From the NCBI GenBank assembly GCA_965197585.1, contig OZ240215.1, positions 1,216,001 through 1,280,000 of the forward strand: a DNA stretch of 64,000 nucleotides, read 5' to 3'. The number at the start of each line of letters is the position of its first letter. Positions within the stretch are counted from its first letter, which is position 1. Made by a program: the position numbers and the translations under genes. The notes beneath the pieces were generated by a model, which worked only from the letters and a program-made list of their open reading frames with translations, was not told where the DNA came from and searched no databases. The DNA is from Dehalococcoidia bacterium (GTDB taxonomy: Bacteria > Chloroflexota > Dehalococcoidia > Plut-88900). Of this stretch, positions 9,401-19,259 are shown in pieces.

Positions 9401-10651
9401 CTACCCCGGAACACTTACATCCTGCGCCTCAGCGAAGAAGTCGATCCGCGCCTGCTCGTCGAGAGCCCTGTCAGGCCCGAGGTAGAACGCGTGGAGGTGA
9501 CCAAAGGGGTCCAGCTTCATCTTGGGCACCACCCGTGAGCGCAGGTCCCGAGACTTCGGGTCCATCAGCAGATGGGACGTCCAGACCTCGAAAGTGTGGT
9601 TGATCGCATAGAACGCATCATGGGCGGCTGCATACGAGTGGCCCGCCTGCTCCCAGTCCTGATTCGAGACCAAAGCATCTTTCAATAACCGGGCATCTCG
9701 TAGGCTAGTTGAAAGCCCTTGTCCCCAGGTCGGGTCCCCCGTCGAGGCCGCATCCCCGATTAACGCAATGCCGTCCTTAAAGGGGTGATCGACCCACGCG
9801 TGGGCACCGTCAAACGTGGCAAGAGGCCCCGCAGGCCTCGCCCCCGAGAATACGTCCTCCGGCGCTCCCGTCGACAGAAACCCTTCTATGAAGTGTTCCC
9901 CGTCCTTCGCGCCGCTGAGTCTATAGCCGGCATCCCATCGATGGCACAAGTAAGCCCGTACCCGACCCCGGCCCTGTGGAAACAGTATGGCAGCCAGTCC
10001 CGCATTCGGGTTGGCCCAGTGGTGCGCCGCGTCATCAGCTACTCCCATGTCGTCGAAGAGCAGTCCGGCCACCAGGTTGGATTCCGGGTCCTTGTTCACC
10101 TGAAAGCCGCCCAACGCCCGGGTCTGCGAGGCCCGGCCATCCGCCCCCACCAGCATCCGGCAATTCACCTTCTCGGAGACCTCCCCATCGACTCGCACCG
10201 TCAGTACCCCTCCCTCCCTATCCAGCCCCTTGACCCGTGTCCCTCGCACCACCCTGACCTCTGCCGCCAACGCCGCGTCCATTAGGCTCTTCTGCAGTGT
10301 CGGGTGGTAGAACGTCAACGCCGATACCCCAGCTCCCGTGTCATTCACGAGGTCGCCGTGGAACATCCGCTTCGGGCCTCCGTACATGTCCAGCCAGAGG
10401 ATCCGATGTCCCCCCGCCCCGACTATGTCGTCGTAGATTCCCAACGCTTTCGTCTCGACCACGCCCCACGGGAAGATGAACTCCCCCCTGACCCTGTCCC
10501 TGAACTCCGTGGTCGCCTCGACTAGCAGTACGCCGTATCCGGCTCTCGCCATGGAAACAGCGAGACTCGCCCCTGCGATTCCCGCCCCGGCTACTACCAG
10601 GTCGTAAGTGTTCCCTCTCTTGTCTTTATTACCGTTATGTACAGTAGCCAT
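9401..10651 (-). CDS. FAD-dependent monooxygenase/oxidoreductase (group A, FAD_binding_3-like)
   Basis: GAGIAG, VGADG and LIGDAA..DPTWGQG fingerprints; start set at ATG 10651, overlapping the upstream stop. Confidence 0.85.
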   Translation of the reverse strand: MATVHNGNKDKRGNTYDLVVAGAGIAGASLAVSMARAGYGVLLVEATTEFRDRVRGEFIFPWGVVETKALGIYDDIVGAGGHRILWLDMYGGPKRMFHGDLVNDTGAGVSALTFYHPTLQKSLMDAALAAEVRVVRGTRVKGLDREGGVLTVRVDGEVSEKVNCRMLVGADGRASQTRALGGFQVNKDPESNLVAGLLFDDMGVADDAAHHWANPNAGLAAILFPQGRGRVRAYLCHRWDAGYRLSGAKDGEHFIEGFLSTGAPEDVFSGARPAGPLATFDGAHAWVDHPFKDGIALIGDAASTGDPTWGQGLSTSLRDARLLKDALVSNQDWEQAGHSYAAAHDAFYAINHTFEVWTSHLLMDPKSRDLRSRVVPKMKLDPFGHLHAFYLGPDRALDEQARIDFFAEAQDVSVPG

Positions 10652-13600
10652 TCCTAAGGTCCTGTTCCCGTATGTCCTCGTCACGCAGGGTCGGGTCTCC
10701 GTATCCCCCACCCCCTGCGGCGTAGCAAAGTATCGTGTCTCCCGGCTTAACCGGCACCCTCGTCTCCTTCGAACGGAGCACCCTCTCCCCGCCGTCTTCC
10801 GACACGATGCTGTATCGATGCGCCCAACCGGGTCTGCCTCCCAGCAGCCCGAAAGGCGGGTTAACGATTCCGTCCCCCGCAGTGTTCATCCTGGCTCCGG
10901 GTTCCCCCTCATAGACAAGCTCCACCACGCTCCCGAGACCGCCCCTCCACCGCCCATCGCCCCCGGAATCGGGCAGCAGTTCGTAGCGGGGTATGAAGAA
11001 GGGGAACCGCTCCTCGGTGACCTCCACGCTGGGGCTCCTGATGCCCCCCGCCACGTTGATCTCCCCGACGTTCGACCAGCCGTCGAACCCATCTGATGCC
11101 CCGCCTCCCCCGCGCCCGAGGAAGAAGTGCCAGATGAACCTCCTGCCGGTCTTGGGGTCTTCGCCCGTAATCGCGTACCTCAGTCGGCGGGAGAACCCTG
11201 CAGTCACTGCGTCGGGCACGGCATTTACCATGGCCCGGAAGACCGCCTCGACTATCTCTTCGCCGCAGTGGTTGGTGCTCATCGTCACCGGGGCCGGCGG
11301 GTTCGGGTTCACGATCAGCCCCTTCGGTGCAATGACGGTGATGGGTCTCATCGACCCCTCGTTCCTCGCCACGTCAAAAGGAGCCATATACATCAGCGAT
11401 ACATGGGCAAGTGAGCGGGTGTTCGCGTAGGCACTGTTGATAAAGCCCGTGACCTGTTTGCTCGACTCGCTCAGGTCGATGGTCATTTTGTCCCCGGCAA
11501 TCGTCACCGTGGCCCGGATCGGCACCATCTTCGCATCGAAACCGTCGTCATCGATGAACGATTCACCCTTGTACACGCCGTCGGGCCAGTTGGAGATCAT
11601 TTCCCTCACCTGCACCTCGGTCCCGTGCAGGATCTCATCCACTGCCCGGCTAAGCCCCTCTGCGCCATATCGTTCCAGCATGGCAATGATCCGCCGAGCC
11701 GCTATCCTCACCGACCCAAACTGCGCCTGAAAGTCCCCGAGAAAGTTCTCCGGATGACGCACGTTCGCCGAAAGCATCTGCAGCACGTCGTCTCTGGCAA
11801 CTCCCTTCTCGATCAGCTTCAGGGGTGGTATGCGTATACCCTCCTGGTATATCTCACTGGCCGAGGGGTTATACCCCCCGTGGGTCGCCCCGCCGACATC
11901 GCTGTGATGGGCGCGGTTTACGGCGAAGAACCGGAGTTTGCCATCGTAGAAGATCGGTTGGATGACAGTAATGTCGGGTATATGGCTTCCCCCGAAATAG
12001 GGATCGTTCAGGGCGAACATGTCCCCATCGTATATCCGGTCTCCGAAGTACTGCTTGACCGCCGCCCCAGCCAGGGGCAACGCGCTTATGTGGACCGGAA
12101 TTCCCTCGCCCTGGGCCACGAGCTGACAGTCGGCATCAATTATCGCCGTCGAAAAGTCTCTGCTGGAGTTCAGGATCTGCGACATCGACGTCCGAATCAT
12201 TACCTCAGCCATCTCCAGCGCAATAGTGTTCAACCGACTCTCAACCACGGCCACGGTAATCGGATCGGGCTTGCCACCCTTGTCGGTCTCAATCTCGTCC
12301 TCTTCTATCGCCACCTGCATTCTCATGCCGCCATAGCCATCGGCTATCGCTGTATCCCCTGCCTGTAGCAATATCGTCGTGAAGTTCGACTCGACGATCA
12401 CCGGCCCCTCCATCTCCCACGAGGCAGGCATTTTGTCCATGTCATAGACTGGGACATCCGCCCACCCGCCGAGATATACGCTCCGCTTACCCTTAAGCGC
12501 GTCCTCTAGCCTTCCCTTGCCCTCAGACTTGGGCAAATCCACCGGGTCAAGGGCCCCGAACACCGACGCCCGTAGCGTCACCAGCCTGACCTCCTGGTCC
12601 GACTGCTGATAGGAGTACAGCTCCTGGTACCGCCTGTGAAGGTTCGCCGACAACTGTTCCAATATCGCCGAGTCATCCTGCGACAGGTCAGGCACCGGCA
12701 CGTTGACCTCAAATATCTGGTCCAGGTACCGCATGTCCGCAGACACCGACACGCTGATATCCTCGTCCGACACACCCTGCTCCCGCAGCCTGGTCATGCC
12801 CCTCTCTCCCATCTCCGCCGATAACCGGCGCACCTCTCCCAGGTCTATGCTGTCCAGGCTGACCGGGTGCGACAGGGAGAAGTCGTACCGGAGGTCTGTC
12901 GAGAGCATTCCGTAGGCAGACTGCACCGGCGCCGTGGATGGCACGTATATCCTTTCGATGTGCAGCTGACGGGCCATCTCGCTTACGTGCAGCCCCGCCG
13001 ACCCCCCGAAGGCCAGCAGTGAGAAGTCCCGGGGATCGACCCCCCTTCTCGCCGCCAGCAGCCGTATCCCCTCCGCCATGTTCGTCGATACAACTTGATG
13101 TACTCCGAACGCAGCCTCCACCGTCGACATCCCCAGCCCGGCAAGTTCCTTATCTAATGCCTCTTCCGCCTTGGCCCTGTCCAACGACTCCCGTCCCCCC
13201 AGGAAATTCGTCGCCGAAAGAAACCCGAGTACAAGGTTGGAGTCCGCTACCGTTGGCTTGTCGCCGCCCTTGCCGTAGCAGGCAGGCCCGGGCTCTGCGC
13301 CCGCGCTCTCCGGCCCGACCCTCAGAATCCCCCCGGGATCAACCCGCGCTATGCTGCCGCCCCCCGCCCCCAGGGTGTGAATGTCGATCATCGGTACCGC
13401 TATCTTCCACCCCGCCTCGAACTGCTCCGTCGTCACGTGGGGAACGCCGTCTTCTATCAGGGATATGTCGGTGCTGGTGCCTCCCATGTCGAACCCGATA
13501 AGGTTGGCTTCGCCCACCAGGTCGCCGTAGCTCTTGGCCCCGGCCACCCCACCCGCCGGCCCCGACAGGATCGCCTTGACCGCCTGGTTCTTCGCATCAT

Positions 13601-14354
13601 CGATGGGTGTCACGCCGCCGTTGGACTGCATTATCAGGATATCGTTGGAATCGCTGAACGCAGCCAGCCGCTCATTTAGACGGGTCAAGTACCTTCCGAA
13701 GACCGGCCCGACATACGAGTTGACCACCGTCGTGCTCAACCTGTCGAACTCCTTGATCTGCGGCAGGATTTCGTGCGAAAGCGACGTGTATAGCCCCGGT
13801 GCCAGTTCCTCGATTATCTCGCCCACCCGCCGTTCGTGCTCCGGGTTGAGATACGAAAATAGGAAGCAAACCGCCAGCCCCTCGACCCCCTCTTCCAGCA
13901 TTCCTTTCACCGCCACCGCCACCGCCGCCTCATCCAATTCGGTCTTTATCGATCCATCCGCCCGAGTACGCTCCGGCACTCCGATCCGCAGGTAGCGAGG
14001 CACCAGGGCCTCCATCTGCTTCATCCTCAGGTTGTACCGGTCCTCTTTCATCCCCTCCCGCATCTCCAGCAGGTCCCGGAACCCGCCCGTGGTGATCAGC
14101 CCCACCTTGGCCCCTTTCCGCTCGACCAGCGTGTTGGTGGCAACAGTGGTGCCGTGAATGATCATCGACGTGCCGGACAGCAGTTCGGTAATCCCCAACC
14201 CATAGTCTTGGGCCACGTCCAGAAGGCCGTTCATGACGCCCTCGGAGGGGTCCTGGGGAGTGGAGGGGGTCTTGTACAACCGGGGCGCTTCTCCCGGCCT
14301 CGTGACCACCAGGTCGGTGAAAGTGCCCCCTACGTCGATTCCAATTTTGAACAT
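10635..14354 (-). CDS. Fused hydantoinase A/B (5-oxoprolinase/acetone-carboxylase-like ATP-dependent amidohydrolase)
   Basis: GIDVGGTFTD, HGTTVATN, SGPAGG, DMGGTSTD and GAGGGS (A part); NDPYFGGSHIPD, HHSDVGG and GGGGYGDP (B part). Confidence 0.92.
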   Translation of the reverse strand: MFKIGIDVGGTFTDLVVTRPGEAPRLYKTPSTPQDPSEGVMNGLLDVAQDYGLGITELLSGTSMIIHGTTVATNTLVERKGAKVGLITTGGFRDLLEMREGMKEDRYNLRMKQMEALVPRYLRIGVPERTRADGSIKTELDEAAVAVAVKGMLEEGVEGLAVCFLFSYLNPEHERRVGEIIEELAPGLYTSLSHEILPQIKEFDRLSTTVVNSYVGPVFGRYLTRLNERLAAFSDSNDILIMQSNGGVTPIDDAKNQAVKAILSGPAGGVAGAKSYGDLVGEANLIGFDMGGTSTDISLIEDGVPHVTTEQFEAGWKIAVPMIDIHTLGAGGGSIARVDPGGILRVGPESAGAEPGPACYGKGGDKPTVADSNLVLGFLSATNFLGGRESLDRAKAEEALDKELAGLGMSTVEAAFGVHQVVSTNMAEGIRLLAARRGVDPRDFSLLAFGGSAGLHVSEMARQLHIERIYVPSTAPVQSAYGMLSTDLRYDFSLSHPVSLDSIDLGEVRRLSAEMGERGMTRLREQGVSDEDISVSVSADMRYLDQIFEVNVPVPDLSQDDSAILEQLSANLHRRYQELYSYQQSDQEVRLVTLRASVFGALDPVDLPKSEGKGRLEDALKGKRSVYLGGWADVPVYDMDKMPASWEMEGPVIVESNFTTILLQAGDTAIADGYGGMRMQVAIEEDEIETDKGGKPDPITVAVVESRLNTIALEMAEVMIRTSMSQILNSSRDFSTAIIDADCQLVAQGEGIPVHISALPLAGAAVKQYFGDRIYDGDMFALNDPYFGGSHIPDITVIQPIFYDGKLRFFAVNRAHHSDVGGATHGGYNPSASEIYQEGIRIPPLKLIEKGVARDDVLQMLSANVRHPENFLGDFQAQFGSVRIAARRIIAMLERYGAEGLSRAVDEILHGTEVQVREMISNWPDGVYKGESFIDDDGFDAKMVPIRATVTIAGDKMTIDLSESSKQVTGFINSAYANTRSLAHVSLMYMAPFDVARNEGSMRPITVIAPKGLIVNPNPPAPVTMSTNHCGEEIVEAVFRAMVNAVPDAVTAGFSRRLRYAITGEDPKTGRRFIWHFFLGRGGGGASDGFDGWSNVGEINVAGGIRSPSVEVTEERFPFFIPRYELLPDSGGDGRWRGGLGSVVELVYEGEPGARMNTAGDGIVNPPFGLLGGRPGWAHRYSIVSEDGGERVLRSKETRVPVKPGDTILCYAAGGGGYGDPTLRDEDIREQDLRNGYCT

Positions 14355-14445
14355 GTCTAGTCCTTGCCCGGCGTGCTGGATTTCGGGGTATTATTACCCG
14401 TCAGCCCGATTTGTTCAATCGACTACCACACCCCTCGACATCCGA

Positions 14446-15492
14446 ATGAAACCCCAGCAACCCACAAAGGAAGCCGCCTGGCATAAGCTGGTCGACTACA
14501 TTCTCGGCTATCAGGCCACCTGGATCACCGATATCGGCCTGAAGGCCGGGCTATTCAAGGCCATCTCCGAGGCAGATTCCCTCGGTACGACCGAAAACGC
14601 CCTTGCCGAGACCCTTGGCTTCTCGCCCCGCTATGTCGGCATCTGGTGCCGCGCCGCCTACGCCTTCGAGATGTTGGACTGGGATGAGGCCTCTGGGTAT
14701 CGACTCGCTCCCCACATGGACTCCCTCCTCCTGAATCCCACCGACCCCCTTTTCCTCGGAGGCAGGATCCAGTTCAACGCCGCCCTCCACCAGGACTTTC
14801 ACGCTTTCCCCAAATACCTGCCCTCAGGCGGCGTATGGCCCAGAAGCGAGCACGATCCCTGGCTCCTCGAAGCTCTGAAGAACATGACCAAGCCCGACTA
14901 CGCCGTCATCACCGACACTGTCCTCCCGCAAGTCATGAATACTGAAGACCCGGCGGAAGTGGACATCGACATCCTGGACGTGGGCTCCGGGGCAGGATAC
15001 GGCGTCGTGCACTATGTAAAGCGTTTCCCCAAGGCCCGAGTCCTGGGCATCGAATACGACGCCCCCAGCGCAGCCCTCGCGGTCAAAACTCTCGCCGAGT
15101 CCAACTCCGGCGACCGCGCACGAGTCTTACAAGCCGACGCCAATTTAATGGACTACGACTCCGCTTTCGACGTGGTCACCATGAACGTCACTCTCCACGA
15201 GGTCGGGGGCCCCGACTCTTACCGTAACGTCCTATCCCGCGCCCACCGAGCCCTGCATCCCGGGGGCGTCATCGTCGTATCCGAACTTCCTTATCCCGAT
15301 TCACCAAAGGACTACCGTGGCAACCCCGCATACCAGATGATGGCCGGCGTCCAGCTCCACGAAGCCCTGGTCGGCTGCGGTATGATTACCCAGGGCGAGC
15401 TGCGGAGCCTTCTAAACTCCGCAGGCTTCCGGTACGTCAAAGCCCCGGAACATCCCCTCCCCACCCGCTTCATACTTACAGGCAGAAAATGA
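14446..15492 (+). CDS. SAM-dependent methyltransferase with an N-terminal winged-helix-like domain
   Basis: ILDVGSGAGYG motif; N-terminal GLKAGLF...LAETLG...RYV..W segment. Start moved to ATG 14446. Confidence 0.82.
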   Translation: MKPQQPTKEAAWHKLVDYILGYQATWITDIGLKAGLFKAISEADSLGTTENALAETLGFSPRYVGIWCRAAYAFEMLDWDEASGYRLAPHMDSLLLNPTDPLFLGGRIQFNAALHQDFHAFPKYLPSGGVWPRSEHDPWLLEALKNMTKPDYAVITDTVLPQVMNTEDPAEVDIDILDVGSGAGYGVVHYVKRFPKARVLGIEYDAPSAALAVKTLAESNSGDRARVLQADANLMDYDSAFDVVTMNVTLHEVGGPDSYRNVLSRAHRALHPGGVIVVSELPYPDSPKDYRGNPAYQMMAGVQLHEALVGCGMITQGELRSLLNSAGFRYVKAPEHPLPTRFILTGRK

Positions 15493-15520
15493 TCGTAGTT
15501 GCATCGCCTAGGAGGATGAC

Positions 15521-16399
15521 ATGGATTTCGGAGTAGTCTTTCCACAAACGGAGATCGGCCCGGACCCTGAGGACGCCAAGGAGCTAATCCAGGCCACCGA
15601 GCAGATGGGCTTCGAGGGCCTGGTCGTATATGACCACGTCCTCGGCGCCAACACGGACTTCTACAAGAACAGCGGCATCAACTTCTTCTACGACATAGAC
15701 AGCAACTTCCACGAAATTTTCGTGCTCCTGGGTTGGGCCGCCGCCATCACCCAGCGCATCAAGCTCATCACCGGCATAGTCATCCTGCCTCAGCGTCAAA
15801 CTACCTTGGTAGCCAAGCAAGCGGCAGCAATAGATGTATTGAGTGGTGGCCGTCTGGTGCTCGGCATAGCAGTTGGTTGGAACCCCGTAGAGTTCGAGGC
15901 CCTCGGCGAGGATTTCCACAACCGCGGCAAGCGCATCGAGGAGCAGATCGACGTGATGCGGGCCCTCTGGACAAAGAAGGTCGTCAACTACCAGGGCCGT
16001 TGGCACACTATCAGGCAGGCAGGCCTCAAACCCTTCCCTGTACAGCAACCCATCCCGCTATGGATCGGGGGCGACTCCAATCCCGTTTTGAAGCGGACCG
16101 GCCGTCTTGGCGACGGCTGGTTCCCTACCACCGACCAACCCGGCAACGCCAGGCAGAAGATCCAAGTGATCCACGAGGCAGTTCGAGAGGCAGGCCGAGA
16201 CCCCTCAGACATCACCATCGCCGTCCAGATCAACCTCGAAGCCGTCCCCATGACAGACGTCGCCGACTACGTCAGAGGCTGGCAGGAAATCGGCGCCTCA
16301 AAATTCTACCTTGACACTATGAACTGCGGCCTGGACTCCGTAGCCAAGCACCTGGACGCCTTCAGGGAGTACAACGAAATCACCTCCGCCCTCCCCTAA
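15521..16399 (+). CDS. LLM-class, probably F420-dependent oxidoreductase
   Basis: YDHVLG, LVAKQAAAIDVLSGGRLVLG, PLWIGG and GDGW motifs; AGGAGG RBS. Confidence 0.88.
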   Translation: MDFGVVFPQTEIGPDPEDAKELIQATEQMGFEGLVVYDHVLGANTDFYKNSGINFFYDIDSNFHEIFVLLGWAAAITQRIKLITGIVILPQRQTTLVAKQAAAIDVLSGGRLVLGIAVGWNPVEFEALGEDFHNRGKRIEEQIDVMRALWTKKVVNYQGRWHTIRQAGLKPFPVQQPIPLWIGGDSNPVLKRTGRLGDGWFPTTDQPGNARQKIQVIHEAVREAGRDPSDITIAVQINLEAVPMTDVADYVRGWQEIGASKFYLDTMNCGLDSVAKHLDAFREYNEITSALP

Positions 16400-16433
16400 T
16401 CCCCCCCCCACCCTCCCCTAACCCCCCCACATC

Positions 16434-16558
16434 CGTCATTCCGGCCCCCGAGCCGGAATCCGTCCTATCTCCCCGCCATTCCCGTGCCCCGACACGGGAA
16501 TCCATTCGCTGGGGCTGAGGGGCCGCTCGTGCTGAGCCCCGTGGAAGTATGAGCCGGG
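16434..16558. repeat. Cluster of REP-like palindromes: two family A, one family B (CCGCTCGTGCTGAG..GAAGTATGAGC)
   Basis: CGTCATTCCGGCCCCCGAGCCGGAATCC, CCATTCCCGTGCCCCGACACGGGAATCC and a B unit. Confidence 0.75.
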
Positions 16559-16591
16559 CGGTGCCCACGCCAATACCCCACCCCACCCCCG

Positions 16592-16620
16592 TTGACGCCA
16601 CCCAACCCCAAAGCTACACT
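16592..16620 (+). promoter_or_regulatory. Sigma70-type promoter TTGACG-17-TACACT
   Basis: Consensus-like hexamers with 17-nt spacing upstream of ATG 16679. Confidence 0.6.
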
Positions 16621-16678
16621 CCTCCTGGACATAGCAGCCAGTCAAGACCACTCACAACCCAAACCCCTGAGACCTCAA

Positions 16679-17812
16679 ATGCGCTTTGACATCACCCTCT
16701 ACACCCACGTCGGCGAGACCTACCCGTGGGAAAAGATAGTCGACGAGGCCGAAACCCAGGTCAAATTCGCCGACCAGGCCGGCTTCACCACCTTCTGGAT
16801 GGCCGAGCACCACTTCGCATGGGACGGCTGGTACAATTCCGCTCCCAACCCCATCCTCATGGGCACAAAGCTGTCCCGCCTCAGCGACAGGCTCAGGTTC
16901 GGACAGTGCGGAGTTGTACTACCAGACTGGCACCCCCTCCGCATCGCCGAGGACATCGCCCTCATGGACCAGTTCACCAAGGGCCGCGTGGACTTCGGCA
17001 TCGCCCGGGGCATAGATACCCGGGCCTCCATTCAGTTCAACCTCAACGCCGACAGGCGTAACCAGGAGTCCAACTACGCCCTCTTCTCCGAGTCCCTGGA
17101 CGTCATCATCGGCGCCTGGACACAGGACGCCTTCAGCCACGAAGGCAGATTCTACAAGTTCCCCGTCCCCGGCTGGATAGAGTCCAACCCCATGGTCCAA
17201 AATCCTGACTACCACGCCCCCAACGGCGAGCTGAAGGCCATGGGGGTCTTCCCAAAGCCCTTCCAGAAACCCCACCCCCCTATCTGGCAAATGGCCGACT
17301 CCCCCGGCTCCCACAGATTCGCTGGAAGCCGGGGCATGGGGGTCTTTTGCCAGTCCATATCCATCGGTAAGATTAAGGAGGCCTGGACCACCCACAACGA
17401 GGCGCTGTCTCAGTCCCAGAACCGCGAAGTCCCATTCGGAGAGAAACTCTGCATCGTCAGACCAACCTACGTCGCCGAGACCTATGAGCAGGCCATCGCC
17501 GACGTGAGTTGGGGCTCAAAGCAACTCGGCGCCTGGTACTCCCACAACCCCGTCAAAGCCTACTCCGCCATGGCAACCGAAGATGAGCTCGATCCCGGAG
17601 ACTTCGACCTCCCCTGGCTCGACTTCCAGCTCAAGCACGGCCTCGTCTGCGTCGGCACCCCAGAAACCATCTCCGAGCAGATCGAGAATCTCCAAAGCTC
17701 GGTTAACTGCGGACACATGGCCCTCTTCCTCAACTTCCCCGGCCTCACCTTCGAAAAGACCATGCGAAGCCTCACCCTTTTCGCCGAACAGGTAATGCCC
17801 AGGTTTCTCTAG
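16679..17812 (+). CDS. LLM-class flavin-dependent monooxygenase, tandem paralog 1
   Basis: WMAEHHF, HPLRIAEDIALMDQFTKGRVDFGIARG and PKPFQKPHPPIW motifs; MRFD start shared with the paralogs. Confidence 0.9.
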   Translation: MRFDITLYTHVGETYPWEKIVDEAETQVKFADQAGFTTFWMAEHHFAWDGWYNSAPNPILMGTKLSRLSDRLRFGQCGVVLPDWHPLRIAEDIALMDQFTKGRVDFGIARGIDTRASIQFNLNADRRNQESNYALFSESLDVIIGAWTQDAFSHEGRFYKFPVPGWIESNPMVQNPDYHAPNGELKAMGVFPKPFQKPHPPIWQMADSPGSHRFAGSRGMGVFCQSISIGKIKEAWTTHNEALSQSQNREVPFGEKLCIVRPTYVAETYEQAIADVSWGSKQLGAWYSHNPVKAYSAMATEDELDPGDFDLPWLDFQLKHGLVCVGTPETISEQIENLQSSVNCGHMALFLNFPGLTFEKTMRSLTLFAEQVMPRFL

Positions 17813-17905
17813 TTACCTAACCCCACCCCCTCCGTCAGTCCTTGCCAAAACCCTTCTCCGAAAGGGCGGACGTGGTCTCCAGTCCCCTCTCCCCTCTCCC
17901 ACAAC

Positions 17906-18028
17906 GGGACCTTTGCATAACCCGCGCCGGAGGGGCCAGGGCCGCTCGTGTTGAGGCTCTCGAAGTATGAGCGGGGGGAGGGAGGTAAGATGATCTGGAT
18001 GGCACCACAAGCGTGATCAGCAGTTACG
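17906..18028. mobile_element. MITE family D copy 3 (right end truncated), containing a family B repeat
   Basis: GGGACCTTTGCATAACC start; body closely matches 24106-24231. Confidence 0.6.
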
Positions 18029-18125
18029 GAGTGGCCCTGATTCAGAGGAAGCCACCCATGGTATATAATCACCGCGGCGGCACCCTGCATAAACATCAAC
18101 GCACACTCGACTCGGGAGACTAGGT

Positions 18126-19256
18126 ATGCGGTTCGACTCCACTCCTTACTACCATGTCGGCGAGGATTACGATTGGGAGACCCTCGTTGACGAGATGCGG
18201 GAAGAGGTCCGGCTCATGGACCAGGGCGGATTCACCGGCACCTGGCTCGCCGAGCACCACTTCCACTGGGACGGCTGGTACCGCGCCTCCCCCAACCCCA
18301 TCCTCCTCGGAGCCGACCTGGTCAGCGAAAGCGACCGGCTTCGCGTCGGCCAATGTGGCACCATCCTCCCCGACTGGAACCCCATCCGCGTCGCCGAGGA
18401 CATCGCCCTTCTCGACCAACTCACAAGAGGCCGGGTCGATTTCGGCGTGGCCCGAGGCATTAACAATCGTGCCACCATCCAATTCCGAGAGGAAGCCGAC
18501 CGCCGAAACGAACAGCACCGCGCTCTCTTCAATGAAACCCTTGAGGTCATTCTCGGTGCCTGGCGGAACGATGCCTTCTCATACAAGGGTGAGTTCTTCA
18601 CCTACCCCGCTCCCGGCTGGCAGGAGACCAATCCCTTGGGCCGCGACTCCAGGTTTCACAGCGAAACCGGCGAGCTCAAGGCCCTGGGGCTCACCCCGAA
18701 ACCCTTCCAGCGGCCCCACCCCCCCGTTTTCAACATGGTTGAGTCCTCCAGCTCCCACGCCTACTCGGCCCGGATGGGCATTGGAGCCATGTGCTTCTCG
18801 ATCTCCCACGGGCGCATCAACGACGCCTGGCGGGCCTACAACAACGCCGCCTCGGAGGCAGCGGGCCACGATGTCCCCTACGGGCAAAACCTGGCCGTAA
18901 TGCGCCCCACCTATATAGCCGACACCTACGAACAGGCGGTCGCCGACGCCCGGGAAGGCACAAACCTACTCGCCTCCTGGATAACCACCGACCCCGACAA
19001 AGTCCGCAAGATAATGGTCAGCGAAGAGGAGCTGGAAGAAGGCGACCTGGACTTGGACTGGTTCGACTTCCAGCTCAAGCACGACCTCATCCTCGTCGGC
19101 TCCCCCGACACCGTCTCCGAGCAGATCGAGCGTCTGGAGACCGAGACCGGATGCCCCCACCTCGCATTCTTCCTCAACATCCCGCTCCTATCCTTCCAAC
19201 AGGTCATGCACTCCTTGGACTTGGCCTCTTCGAAAGTGATTCCCCGGTTCGCCTAG
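18126..19256 (+). CDS. LLM-class flavin-dependent monooxygenase, tandem paralog 2
   Basis: WLAEHHF, RVAEDIALLDQLTRGRVDFG and PKPFQRPHPP motifs. Confidence 0.9.
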   Translation: MRFDSTPYYHVGEDYDWETLVDEMREEVRLMDQGGFTGTWLAEHHFHWDGWYRASPNPILLGADLVSESDRLRVGQCGTILPDWNPIRVAEDIALLDQLTRGRVDFGVARGINNRATIQFREEADRRNEQHRALFNETLEVILGAWRNDAFSYKGEFFTYPAPGWQETNPLGRDSRFHSETGELKALGLTPKPFQRPHPPVFNMVESSSSHAYSARMGIGAMCFSISHGRINDAWRAYNNAASEAAGHDVPYGQNLAVMRPTYIADTYEQAVADAREGTNLLASWITTDPDKVRKIMVSEEELEEGDLDLDWFDFQLKHDLILVGSPDTVSEQIERLETETGCPHLAFFLNIPLLSFQQVMHSLDLASSKVIPRFA

Positions 19257-19259
19257 CTT

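Noticed and set aside
16592-16678. N-terminal extensions from the ORF track (also 27893, 14233, 54991, 60092, 3045)
   Set aside because: They overlap promoters or neighbouring genes; homology motifs and RBS positions favour the downstream ATGs used here.
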